Assembly: GCA_963736875.1 (NCBI GenBank)
Contig: CAVTQH010000004.1
Span: 253,899 to 311,559, forward strand
DNA length: 57,661 nt
Reading direction: 5' to 3'
Source of the DNA: Candidatus Amesbacteria bacterium
GTDB taxonomy: Bacteria; Patescibacteriota; Microgenomatia; CAZETR01; Amesbacteraceae
Of this stretch, positions 1 through 9,453 are shown piece after piece (position 1 is the stretch's first letter; the number at the start of each line of letters is the position of its first letter). The notes under the pieces are model-generated. The model worked only from the letters and a program-made list of their open reading frames with translations. It ran no database searches and had not been told where the DNA came from. Made by a program: the position numbers and the translations under genes.

Positions 1-325
1 TCTGTTTTTTGGTTTTAACCCCCTGCATCATCTCCCTCACATGCCAGGCTATAGCTTCACCTTCCCGGTCCGGATCTGTGGCCAGTAATATTTTGTCTGC
101 TTTGCCTGCCGCCGTCTCCAGCTCTTTTATCCGGTCCTTTTGCTTGGTTACCACCACATACTGCGGCTCAAAATTGTTCTTAATGTCCACTCCCAATTTT
201 CTCTCCGGCAAATCCCGGACATGCCCGTATGTGGCCAGAACACTGAAGTCAGATCCCAGATACCGGGACAGCGTCCGGGCTTTGGTCGGGCTTTCCACTA
301 CCAGTAAAGTCATGTCTTTTACCAT
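1..325 (-). CDS. topA: DNA topoisomerase I, N-terminal part (runs off window start; absent from ORF track)
   Basis: Manual minus-strand translation from ATG 325: MVKDMTLLVVESPTKARTLSRYLG...ATYGHVRDLP...LATDPDREGEAIAWH, the TOPRIM motifs of type IA topoisomerase. Confidence 0.92.
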   Translation of the reverse strand, partial: MVKDMTLLVVESPTKARTLSRYLGSDFSVLATYGHVRDLPERKLGVDIKNNFEPQYVVVTKQKDRIKELETAAGKADKILLATDPDREGEAIAWHVREMMQGVKTKKQ

Positions 326-373
326 CCCACAATAATACCCTCCCCGTCAACCCCTCCCTTCCGGTTGATAAAT

Positions 374-2113
374 TTACTCCCCCAGTTCCTGCCGGATAGC
401 GCCATATGGATAAGTGTCTTTAACATTAAAATACTTGGCCATGACTTTTCTCACGATCGGCGCTGCCACATTCGATCCTTCCCCGCCTCCTTCAACCAGT
501 ACCGTCACTGAAATCTGCGGGTCATCGGCCGGGGCAAAAGCCGTCAGCCATCCGTGTGTCCGGATTTTTCCGTCACCGGCCACATATTCCGCCGTCCCCG
601 TCTTGCAGGCAATTACCGGAAGTGACTGACCATCCGCAGCTTTAGCAAAGGAAGCCGATCCTGAATCCCGTAAAGCCGCTTCATTCCAGTCAAACAGCGG
701 GAAAGCCGTCCCTCCGGGACTGCAAGCTCCCGTCATCCCCTTCCTGATAATATCCAGAACTTCTTTGGAGATTTCTACCGTCGGACACTTTTCTCCGCCG
801 GTGAATTGTGTCAGGTGAGGTTTACATTTTATCCCCCCGTAGGCTACAACATTGGTCATCAGATTCAGCTGCAGCGGTGTCACTAATGTGTCTTCCTGCC
901 CGATGGCCATCTGGTATGTATTCCCCAGATACCAGCGTTCCCCTGAAGTCTTTTCTTTCTGGCCCGGACCCGCAATCACTCCTCCCACTTCACCCGGAAT
1001 ATCCACCCCCGTTGGCTCACCCAGCCCCATTTTTTCTGCCCAGGTTCCCATTTCCTCCGGTCCGGTCATTTCTCCCACTTTATAAAAGAAAGTATCGGTT
1101 GAACGGGTAATTGCCCTGGCAAAACCGACTATTCCTTCTGTTCCTCCTCCCCGGGTATAAAGCCAGTTGGTAAATACCGTTCCTCCGATCTCAATTCTGC
1201 CTGTATCCAGGTAAGTAAATCCGGGTTTAACTTTCCCTGCCATAATCGCGGCTGTGGTGGTTACCATTTTAAATGTCGATCCCGGCGGATACACCCCTCC
1301 GATGCTCCGGTTTAAAACCGGCAAATTCTCATCCGTGAGCACATTCGTAATCTCATCATTTCCTCGGATGAACAAATCCGGATCATAAGACGGATAGCTG
1401 ACCATAGCCAGTATTTCCCCCGTTCCGGGTACACTGGCTACTACCGCCCCTTTGCCGGCTCTGGTCAAAGCCAGCGACTCAAAAGCCGCTTTCTGCAGAT
1501 TAATATCCAAAGCCAGATGCAGATCCTGCCCGGGTACCGGTTCTTTCCGGCCGAGTTCCCTGGCTATCCCGCCCTGATTATCCACTTCCACCAGTCTCCC
1601 GCCGTCATCCCCCCTTAAGCTTTTCTCAAAGGCAGCTTCCGCTCCGCTTCTGCCTGTCATATCTCCCATTTCATACTTGCTTCCCCGTTCCTTCAAAATT
1701 CCCACTTCTTCCTCCGACACTTCCCCCAGATACCCTATGACGTGGGCTGCTACCGCTGCCTGCGGATACACCCGCTTCCACCTTTCCCTGCGGATCTTAT
1801 TGACCGTTTCTTCAGTTTTTACATTTGTTGCCAGCACTTCACCTTTCCGGTCGTAGATTATCCCTCTCGGGGCGGACAGTTTTATCTTCTCCACCCGGTT
1901 TTCATCGGACAGCAGCCGGTATCTCTCTCCGTAAAATATCTGCAGCGAAGCCAACCTGACCGCCAGTATTCCCAGCCCGGCTATAACCGCGAGCCACACC
2001 AGCCACCCCCTCCTAAAATCCCGCTCCACATCGCTTCCCACCCGGCTCTTCCGCACCATCTTATCCGTTACCACAAAATCCCCGAACGACACTCCCGGCC
2101 TGAATTTCTTCAT
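374..2113 (-). CDS. mrdA: Penicillin-binding protein 2 (class B transpeptidase)
   Basis: N-terminal TM, APRGIIYDR motif, SxxK (STFK), SxD (STD) and KTGT motifs; directly downstream of mreB. Confidence 0.9.
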   Translation of the reverse strand: MKKFRPGVSFGDFVVTDKMVRKSRVGSDVERDFRRGWLVWLAVIAGLGILAVRLASLQIFYGERYRLLSDENRVEKIKLSAPRGIIYDRKGEVLATNVKTEETVNKIRRERWKRVYPQAAVAAHVIGYLGEVSEEEVGILKERGSKYEMGDMTGRSGAEAAFEKSLRGDDGGRLVEVDNQGGIARELGRKEPVPGQDLHLALDINLQKAAFESLALTRAGKGAVVASVPGTGEILAMVSYPSYDPDLFIRGNDEITNVLTDENLPVLNRSIGGVYPPGSTFKMVTTTAAIMAGKVKPGFTYLDTGRIEIGGTVFTNWLYTRGGGTEGIVGFARAITRSTDTFFYKVGEMTGPEEMGTWAEKMGLGEPTGVDIPGEVGGVIAGPGQKEKTSGERWYLGNTYQMAIGQEDTLVTPLQLNLMTNVVAYGGIKCKPHLTQFTGGEKCPTVEISKEVLDIIRKGMTGACSPGGTAFPLFDWNEAALRDSGSASFAKAADGQSLPVIACKTGTAEYVAGDGKIRTHGWLTAFAPADDPQISVTVLVEGGGEGSNVAAPIVRKVMAKYFNVKDTYPYGAIRQELGE

Positions 2114-2144
2114 ACCAAAACATTATACATACCCAAATAGACAG

Positions 2145-3257
2145 CTATCTCAATCCCCCCACCACTTTTACTTTCCTCAGCAAATTTTCATCCTCCAGCA
2201 CTTTTCCGCACCCCCGGACCACAGCCGTCATCGGATCATCCGTCACATACACCGGCATCCGGGTTTCGTCCGAAAAAAGTTTTTCTATCCCCGCAATCAT
2301 ACTGCCTCCGCCGCACATCATGATTCCCCGCTCCAGAATATCGGATACCAATTCCGGGGGAGTTTCTTCAATCAGATCGGCAGCGGCAGAAGTAACCTGC
2401 TTCAACACCGGCATCAGAGCTTCCCGGATTTCATCGGAAGTAATCTTTAGACTTCGCGGCAGTCCCGTTTCCAGATCCCGGCCTCTGATGACCATCATTT
2501 TTACTCCCGACTTTCTCTCCTCTTTTTCCGTCATATCCTGAACACCCGGTGTCAGACTTTGAGCACTGTGAAAGGCCGAAACGTGCGCATTTCCCAAAGC
2601 AATTTTTACTTCCTCGGCCGTTCTCTCCCCCAATAAGACGTTGTACTTAAGGCGGATGTAATGAATTATTGCCTCGTCCATTTCATCCCCGGCTATCCTG
2701 ACCGATTTATTGATGACTATTCCCCCCAGTGAAATCACCGCGATTTCACTCGTCCCACCTCCAATATCAATCACCATTACCCCTCCGGCATCGGAAATGG
2801 GTAAATTGGCACCGATCGCCGCCGCCATCGGTTCTTCGATCAGGTAGCATTTCCGGGCACCGGCCGAAAGCGCTGCCTCCTGCACCGCCCGTCTTTCCAC
2901 TTCGGTCACACCTGAAGGAATACCCACCACCACCCGGGGCCGCGGTACCCGGGGAATCATCCGGCCCGATTCATGTACCATTGATATATAGTGTTTAAGC
3001 ATTACTTCGGTCGCATCAAAATCGGCAATTACCCCGCCTTTTAACGGCCTGATGGCTTCAATAGTCGCCGGTGTCCTGCCCAGCATCTTTTTCGCCTCTT
3101 CACCGATTGCCAGTATCTGCTTGGTTTTTTTATGCCGGGCAACGACCGATGGCTCCCGGATGACAATCCCCTTGCCTTTGACATGGACCAGAGTATTAGC
3201 CGTCCCCAGGTCAATTCCCACGTCATGCGATAAGAGCCCGAATATATAGTCAAACAT
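2145..3257 (-). CDS. mreB: Rod shape-determining protein MreB
   Basis: GIDLGTANT, IREPSVVA, IEEPMAAAIGA, DIGGGTSE motifs; start moved to ATG 3257 (MFDYIFG). Confidence 0.96.
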   Translation of the reverse strand: MFDYIFGLLSHDVGIDLGTANTLVHVKGKGIVIREPSVVARHKKTKQILAIGEEAKKMLGRTPATIEAIRPLKGGVIADFDATEVMLKHYISMVHESGRMIPRVPRPRVVVGIPSGVTEVERRAVQEAALSAGARKCYLIEEPMAAAIGANLPISDAGGVMVIDIGGGTSEIAVISLGGIVINKSVRIAGDEMDEAIIHYIRLKYNVLLGERTAEEVKIALGNAHVSAFHSAQSLTPGVQDMTEKEERKSGVKMMVIRGRDLETGLPRSLKITSDEIREALMPVLKQVTSAAADLIEETPPELVSDILERGIMMCGGGSMIAGIEKLFSDETRMPVYVTDDPMTAVVRGCGKVLEDENLLRKVKVVGGLR

Positions 3258-3342
3258 CCTAAGCCGCAATATATGATTAATAACTTGATTGTGCAAGTGC
3301 TAACTCCTAACTTTTTTTGCCGACCTATAGTATAATAATCCC

Positions 3343-3636
3343 ATGGGTAAAGAAGATAAATACGGTTTAACCCCCACAGAATGGAATCAAATAAATCCTG
3401 GCCAGGGGAAACCCAGGGTAACGAGGGAGGGCAATCTTACTAAGATCATTTATCCTGATGGCACTACCATCACCAGTCACAAAAGTGTTGAAGACTATGG
3501 TTTTGTGTTAATGCTCGTCAAGGGTATCGGCCAGGTACTGATGCTTCCTGTTGCCCTGGTTCGCACCTTTCATGGAGATCCTTGCGAAAAACAAAGCCGC
3601 CTGGCAGGCGGTGATGGTTATCCCCGGAAAAAATAG
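3343..3636 (+). CDS. Small hypothetical protein with one hydrophobic segment
   Basis: 97-aa ORF; TATAAT at 3331-3336 lies 7 nt before the ATG. Confidence 0.55.
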   Translation: MGKEDKYGLTPTEWNQINPGQGKPRVTREGNLTKIIYPDGTTITSHKSVEDYGFVLMLVKGIGQVLMLPVALVRTFHGDPCEKQSRLAGGDGYPRKK

Positions 3637-3741
3637 ATCCCGTAAACATTACTAAACCCCAACTAACCACACTTGATAAGACCTATATTATATCTTAATC
3701 CACTTGAAATTTCCCCAGTCTTCATTTAACATACCTCTTTT

Positions 3742-3981
3742 ATGGCTTCAAACAACTTTGAATCATGTAGAATCTGGTCCGAACTTTCAAAAACTGGGAT
3801 TTTGGGTAAATATCCTTCTTCCGAATGCCCTTTTTATGGCTGCGATGGCAGTTCATGCAGATTGGGAATAAACCCTTCCAATACACCTGCCTCAGCTGAA
3901 ATAGTTCAGGGTTTGATCGCTGGTTTAGTGGAAGAAGCTGCCCACGGTCCTCGTAAACCCAGAATACCACCGTTCAACTGA
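3742..3981 (+). CDS. Small Cys-containing hypothetical protein
   Basis: 79-aa ORF (CPFYGCDGSSC) in an AT-rich intergenic context with upstream TTGATA. Confidence 0.45.
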   Translation: MASNNFESCRIWSELSKTGILGKYPSSECPFYGCDGSSCRLGINPSNTPASAEIVQGLIAGLVEEAAHGPRKPRIPPFN

Positions 3982-4024
3982 CATCTCTTGACAAGACCTA
4001 TAATAATAGTGTATTATGTAAGAC

Positions 4025-4306
4025 ATGGGAAATAAACCAGAACTCGCCTCCATGGCTCACACTCCAGAAAATGGTCTTAAATACCTTTTTAAAATGGGAA
4101 AATTAGGTGGCATAGCCGTTGCATTAGGAGGTAGCGTTACCGCTGTTATCAACCATATTAACGCTGGTGCCTCAAAGGAAGCTGGTGACATGCTCACAGC
4201 CGCTATTAAAACCGGAAACACAGAAATGCTTGCAGGTGTAGCTGGTATTGGTCTTGGCATCTATGCCCTTGCTGTAATTGCTGACGTAATTACGGCTCCC
4301 CGGTAA
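4025..4306 (+). CDS. Small Gly/Ala-rich membrane protein
   Basis: 93-aa ORF with two hydrophobic Gly-rich segments; TTGACA (3988-3993) and TATTAT (4012-4017) upstream. Confidence 0.55.
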   Translation: MGNKPELASMAHTPENGLKYLFKMGKLGGIAVALGGSVTAVINHINAGASKEAGDMLTAAIKTGNTEMLAGVAGIGLGIYALAVIADVITAPR

Positions 4307-4318
4307 AAACCTACTATT

Positions 4319-4633
4319 CTATACTCCTTGCTTTTTCCGCTTCTTGAGCCTGAGTTTTGCTGTCTGTTCTTCACTTAATTTCTTGCTATCGTCAAATTCG
4401 GAAACATCAACTGGTTTACTTTCCCTAATCCCATATATTTTCTTTAATCCCGCCATTATCTCCCCCTTCCCCAATCCTAATAATCCAATTATTTCATTCT
4501 TTTGCCCTTCATCTTCAACGGACCTATCCAATTTCTCAAGTATTTTCTGGTCATCATCAGAGGTCAAGGCACGGTATAGCCTCCAGACTTTTATCGTCAA
4601 ATCGCTGTTTTCCGGTTTCATTTGTGCCCACAA
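4319..4633 (-). CDS. Hypothetical protein
   Basis: 104-aa charged ORF filling the gap downstream of galU. Confidence 0.5.
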   Translation of the reverse strand: MWAQMKPENSDLTIKVWRLYRALTSDDDQKILEKLDRSVEDEGQKNEIIGLLGLGKGEIMAGLKKIYGIRESKPVDVSEFDDSKKLSEEQTAKLRLKKRKKQGV

Positions 4634-4659
4634 TTATACCGTATCGCGTAAAATTCTCC

Positions 4660-4860
4660 CTATTTGCTCTCCCTCTTATGCCGTACTATTGCCTGCTCCC
4701 GTTGTATCCTTGCCACCACAGGATCATCCGATACCCCGTGTCCAAAAAGTTTTTCGTACCAAGAATTTAGAACCGATACCGCAACGTGTTCCCTTCTTGA
4801 ACCGGCAGCTTTCTCCAATTCTGAATTACTTGTGCAAGTCTCATGGGTCTCGTCTGTCAT
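4660..4860 (-). CDS. Small hypothetical protein (start uncertain)
   Basis: Open frame between galU and the 4319 ORF; ATG 4860 chosen to avoid overlap with galU. Confidence 0.3.
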   Translation of the reverse strand: MTDETHETCTSNSELEKAAGSRREHVAVSVLNSWYEKLFGHGVSDDPVVARIQREQAIVRHKRESK

Positions 4861-4892
4861 AATTTGATTATAATCCAAAATGGGTATACCTG

Positions 4893-5784
4893 TTATAAAT
4901 TCTTCAGCCACTTGCCGAATTCTTCCCCGATCTCCGGATGCACCAGGCCGAATTCAACCACGGTTTTTAAATATTCCAGCTTGCTTCCGGTATCATAGTA
5001 CTTTCCGCCTGTTATCTCTTTGGCCAAAATCCGCTTTTTATCTGCAAGCATCAGTTTCATCATGTCGTTATAATAAAGCTCCTGACCGGCAGGCAGATCC
5101 GCCACCACCCGGTCCAGATACTGTAAATATTTCGGGGGTTAATAAAAATCCCGAAACCGTAGCCAGATCAGACGGCGCTTTGTCTTTTCCCGGTTTTTCG
5201 ATTACTTTGCTCACCTCCACCAGACCCGGCTCAATTTCCTTTCCCGCCGCATATCCGTACCTCAAAAAATCCTTTTCATCGCAAGTCCTGATACACCCCA
5301 AAACCGGACAATTATATTTTCTATAAACGTCAATCAATTGCCTGACCCGGGAAACCGGTCGGGCAGCAATAAAGTCATCTCCCCACAGATATAAAAACGG
5401 TTCGTTCCCTATCAGGTGCCGGACATTAAGAAGCGGCGTCCCGTTACCATATGGCCCTTTCTGCCGCACATATACAAAATTAGCCATGTTGGCAATCCGC
5501 ATTACTTCCTCCCTGATTTTCCGCTTCTTCTCTCCCCCGCTTTCCAGAATTGCCGCAAGTTCCGCTGACGGTGCGTCAAAATAGTCTTCTATGCTTTTTT
5601 TACTGTATCCGGTGACAATAAAGATATCCGTAATCCCGGCCTCCACTAATTCTTCCACCACGTACTGGATCACCGGCTTGTCCACGATCGGCAGCATTTC
5701 TTTAGGCATAGCCTTCGTCTGTGGTAGAAACCGGGTTCCTAACCCTGCCGCCGGAATTACGGCTTTGGTCACCTTCTTTACCAT
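4893..5784 (-). CDS. galU: UTP--glucose-1-phosphate uridylyltransferase, one-base frameshift near 5124
   Basis: KAVIPAAGLGTRFLPQTKAMPKEMLPIVDKP motif. Removing one base after PEIF gives QYLDRVV...YYDTGSKLEYLK, joining ORFs 5068-5844 and 4893-5108. Confidence 0.9.
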
Positions 5785-5821
5785 GATAGGCCTCAATGTT
5801 ACACTCCCCGCTTTTAAACCG

Positions 5822-6133
5822 CTAGTGTCTCTTCTCAGGCTCAAGAGGTGGCGGAGCTGCCATTTGCATGCCTATAGCCCCCTCCATCGGTTTTACCTTT
5901 TTCGAGCTGGATGTTGGATGAGGATGATCTATATTCCAACGTCTATCGGCTCTCTCGGTTTGTTCCGAATCTAATTGCACATCAATTTTTGGTTGCTTTG
6001 GCCTGTTTTTCATTCTCTCCTCAACCAGTTTCACTTGCTTGTCGTATTCTGAATAACTAATTTTTCTATCCACCATTTGCTGAAACAACTCCCCCAGTGG
6101 TGTTAATTCCAGTTGCCCGGTATCATCAGACAT
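5822..6133 (-). CDS. Hypothetical protein
   Basis: 103-aa hydrophilic ORF upstream of galU, same strand. Confidence 0.5.
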   Translation of the reverse strand: MSDDTGQLELTPLGELFQQMVDRKISYSEYDKQVKLVEERMKNRPKQPKIDVQLDSEQTERADRRWNIDHPHPTSSSKKVKPMEGAIGMQMAAPPPLEPEKRH

Positions 6134-6189
6134 AACACTACTTCAACACATTTCTATAATAATTTCAAATATCTGCTAAACTGATTTAC

Positions 6190-8217
6190 ATGTCCTGGCC
6201 GGTTAAAATCATCCGTCTTTCCTTCCACCTGATTGTGTTTCTGGTTCCCCTGATTTTTCTTCCCAACACCTCGGAACTGTTTGAATTCAACAAGATGATT
6301 GTTACTTACATTCTGACTGCCGTTATTGCCGCGGCCTGGGTGATTGAAATGATACTCGAAAAACGGTTTATCTTCCGCCGCACTATGCTTGATTGGCCGA
6401 TAATCATCTTTATCGGCATTCAGTTTCTCAGTCTTCTGGCATCAATCAACCCCCGCACTTCCTGGCTTGGTTACTACTCCCGCTTCAACGGCGGTCTGGT
6501 TTCCTTAATCTGCTACTCTGCTCTCTACTGGGCATTCGTTACTTTCATGGATTTCAAATCCACTCTCAAAATCATCACAACGGCTCTTTTCACCGCCGCT
6601 TTGATTTCTTTTTACGGTGTCCTGGAACACTTCGGTATTGACGCTTCGCTCTGGGTTCAGGACGTCCAAAACCGGGTCTTTTCCACCCTCGGTCAGCCCA
6701 ACTGGCTCGCTGCCTATTTGATTATCCTTCTCCCCCTGGCCATCTCCCGGAGTTTATCGGCCAAAAAGCTGCCCCAAAAAATCACTTCCGCCTGCCTGAG
6801 TCTTTTAATTCTTGTTACCATTCTTTACACCAAAAGCCAGTCCGGAATCGGTGTCACTCTGGTCGTTCTTTTTGTCTACCTGCTGCTGGTACTTATCAGA
6901 AACCGCTCCTGGAAAATACTTCTGACCGGTTCCGGCATCTTTCTGGTTTTGGTTATTTTAAATCTTAAAATTATTACCATCAGTCTCGAATCGCTTTCGT
7001 ATATCTTCACCGCCGGGGACATTACTTCCGTAGCCCGTGAAAAAAGCCTTACTACTATAGCCGGCAGCTCTTCCACCCTTATCCGCCGCATTGTCTGGCA
7101 GGGAGCATTTAATATCTGGCGCTCTTCCTCCAAAACCTTCTGGCTGGGTACCGGCCCGGAAACTTTTGCCATGTCTTATTACCAATACCGTCCCGTAGCT
7201 CATAACTACACCTCGGAGTGGGAACTTCTCTACAATAAAGCTCACAATGAATTCGTCAACTATCTGGCCACTACCGGGGTTCTGGGCCTGGGTTCATATC
7301 TGCTGCTGCTATTTTTATCTGTCCTGCAGCTTCTGAAAAACACTTTTCCCAAGCCCCCTTCCGTTCCTGAGAAGGACCGGAAGAAAGTACAGGTAAAAAG
7401 TTATTTACTCCCGGGCCTGGAGGGTAATATGTTGCAGATTGCCCTTCTCGCCGGCTGGTTATCGGTTTCCGTCACCAACTTCTGGGGTTTCTCGGTCGTC
7501 ATGGTGCAGATTCTGATGTTTCTTCTCCCTGCCATGGCAATTACGCTAAACATTACTGTTACCCCGCCGGCATCCGCCGCTTCAAAAAACTATTCCTTCC
7601 CGCAGATTATCGGCTTTCTGTCCTGTCTTTTTATTCTGGGTTTTACCCTTATTGCCATCGGCAAATATTGGCTGGCGGACGTCAGATATGCCACCGGCCA
7701 GCATGACTTAAAAGCATTTACTATGACCGATGAAATAAGTTATATCCTTTCCTCATACAATAACTACAGCGAGGCTTTCAGTCTCAATTCTTCTGATCCG
7801 GCCATCACTTCCGACCTGGCCGTGGTCACTTCTTACATTTCAGTCCTGTCCTCCCAGTCCGATGCCACTACCAGCAGTTCCATGGCTGAAAATGCCCTGG
7901 TGCTTTCCCAAAAAGCGGTATCAGACAATCCCGCCCACCCCAATTACTACAAATCCCGGGCTCGGACTGCGATCATCCTCTCCTCCATTGATCCCAAATA
8001 TCTGGATGTGGCAGTCCAAACTCTTCAGAAAGCGGAAGTTATTTCCCCTACCGATCCCCGAATTCCATACAATCTCGGTGTGGTTTCCCGATATCAGGGG
8101 AACATCGACCAGGCTATACGTTATTTTGAAAAGGCTCTCCGGCTCAAACCGAATTTCGGCGACGCGGCCGTCCAGATCACCGAAATTACCTCTTCCCCCA
8201 CTAAAACTACTCAATAA
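6190..8217 (+). CDS. O-antigen ligase/oligosaccharyltransferase-family membrane protein with C-terminal TPR
   Basis: Many TM helices, RVFSTLGQPNWLAAYL, R..VWQGA...GTGPETF, KAHNEFVNYLATTGVLG (Wzy_C-like), and a TPR (YNLGVVSRYQGNIDQAIRYFEKAL). Confidence 0.88.
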   Translation: MSWPVKIIRLSFHLIVFLVPLIFLPNTSELFEFNKMIVTYILTAVIAAAWVIEMILEKRFIFRRTMLDWPIIIFIGIQFLSLLASINPRTSWLGYYSRFNGGLVSLICYSALYWAFVTFMDFKSTLKIITTALFTAALISFYGVLEHFGIDASLWVQDVQNRVFSTLGQPNWLAAYLIILLPLAISRSLSAKKLPQKITSACLSLLILVTILYTKSQSGIGVTLVVLFVYLLLVLIRNRSWKILLTGSGIFLVLVILNLKIITISLESLSYIFTAGDITSVAREKSLTTIAGSSSTLIRRIVWQGAFNIWRSSSKTFWLGTGPETFAMSYYQYRPVAHNYTSEWELLYNKAHNEFVNYLATTGVLGLGSYLLLLFLSVLQLLKNTFPKPPSVPEKDRKKVQVKSYLLPGLEGNMLQIALLAGWLSVSVTNFWGFSVVMVQILMFLLPAMAITLNITVTPPASAASKNYSFPQIIGFLSCLFILGFTLIAIGKYWLADVRYATGQHDLKAFTMTDEISYILSSYNNYSEAFSLNSSDPAITSDLAVVTSYISVLSSQSDATTSSSMAENALVLSQKAVSDNPAHPNYYKSRARTAIILSSIDPKYLDVAVQTLQKAEVISPTDPRIPYNLGVVSRYQGNIDQAIRYFEKALRLKPNFGDAAVQITEITSSPTKTTQ

Positions 8218-8434
8218 TTATTCCCCTGCCTTTTGACTTACAGGTATTACATAAACCGTGGGATACATGTTTTCTTCCCTTCACCTTTTCAAAATCTGCT
8301 TTTGGCCATCGGGCTGTCTCAACTTTTATTATTCCCTCACACTCCGGAAACTTTCCTTCCCACACACATCTTGTTTCCATCTCGAATTCAACCATTTCAC
8401 CCGGACTTGTCAGATTCTCACCTTTTAAACTCAT
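8207..8434 (-). CDS. Small putative Zn-binding protein
   Basis: CVW...C and SHGLCNTC motifs; divergent from def. Confidence 0.4.
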   Translation of the reverse strand: MSLKGENLTSPGEMVEFEMETRCVWEGKFPECEGIIKVETARWPKADFEKVKGRKHVSHGLCNTCKSKGRGIIIE

Positions 8435-8473
8435 AGAATCGGATTCTAACGCATTTCCTGATAAAATCACAAT

Positions 8474-9019
8474 ATGACCCCTATTGTCACCGTTCCCCAC
8501 CCGGTCCTGCGCCAGGTGGCCAAACCGGTTACCGAAGTAGATAAAAGAGTCCTGGATACTATTCAGAACATGACCCGGGCTCTGCTTTCGGCCAAAGACC
8601 CGGAAGGTATCGGCCTGGCCGCCCCCCAGATCGGAGTCCCGTTAAAACTCTTTCTCATCCGTCCCGATCTGAAAAAACCTCCGATTCTGTTCATCAATCC
8701 CGAAATCACTGTATATTCCCAGCGCCAGCAGACTCCGGAAACCAAAAAAGGGGTCTATGAAGGCTGTCTCTCTGTCCCCCACCATTATTCCCCCATCAAA
8801 CGCTCCATGTCAGTTACCGTCAAATACCAGGTCTTGAAAAAAGTAAACGATAAATGGGAAATGATAAACAAAACCGGCGTCTTCACCGGTTTTACGGCCC
8901 ACATCATCCAGCACGAAATGGACCATCTAAACGGGATTCTTTTTATCGACCACGTCCTGGCTCAAAATTCTAAGCTGTATCTGATCAAAGGTGACGTCTG
9001 CGAAGAAATCAGCCTCTAG
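8474..9019 (+). CDS. def: Peptide deformylase
   Basis: GIGLAAPQIG, EGCLS and HEMDHLNG motifs. Confidence 0.96.
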   Translation: MTPIVTVPHPVLRQVAKPVTEVDKRVLDTIQNMTRALLSAKDPEGIGLAAPQIGVPLKLFLIRPDLKKPPILFINPEITVYSQRQQTPETKKGVYEGCLSVPHHYSPIKRSMSVTVKYQVLKKVNDKWEMINKTGVFTGFTAHIIQHEMDHLNGILFIDHVLAQNSKLYLIKGDVCEEISL

Positions 9020-9028
9020 AATATAAAG

Positions 9029-9433
9029 TTACTTCTTAACCGATTTCTTTTCTCTCTTCCGGATTCTCCTTCTCTCACCGTCCCTTTCCAAAGCCAACCT
9101 TATAGCCTGACCCATCGGACCTAATGCCTGTAAATCCTCAACCGACATTTGCCGAGCCGTATTAATATCACCGGAAACTTCAAAAATTTCTCTGTTACCT
9201 CCGGAAGATACCTGTAAAACCGTAGCTTTATTTCGCCGTCTCTTTTGACTTTGTTGCCCTATCTGCTTTTCTTCCGGGTGAATTCTACCCTCAACCAGTA
9301 ATAATTTTGTCACTTCAGGCTCCAATTCAATATCATCACTGTATCCCAAAATATCAGGCGCTAACTCTTGCAATCGCGCATACTTCTCAGGAGTAATTAA
9401 ATAACCTACTAATAACTCTCTCGATAGCGGCAT
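9029..9433 (-). CDS. Hypothetical protein inserted antisense between def and fmt
   Basis: ATG at 9433 is 7 nt from a minus-strand TATAAT (9440-9445); basic C-terminus. Confidence 0.55.
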   Translation of the reverse strand: MPLSRELLVGYLITPEKYARLQELAPDILGYSDDIELEPEVTKLLLVEGRIHPEEKQIGQQSQKRRRNKATVLQVSSGGNREIFEVSGDINTARQMSVEDLQALGPMGQAIRLALERDGERRRIRKREKKSVKK

Positions 9434-9439
9434 AAATGC

Positions 9440-9447
9440 ATTATAAT
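9440..9447. promoter_or_regulatory. Palindromic bidirectional -10 element ATTATAAT
   Basis: TATAAT on + (9442-9447) and on - (9440-9445), each 7 nt from a start codon (GTG 9454; ATG 9433). Confidence 0.6.
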
Positions 9448-9453
9448 CCACCT

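Noticed and set aside
9-335. 108-aa plus-strand ORF from the track
   Set aside because: Antisense shadow of topA, which is clearly encoded on the minus strand.
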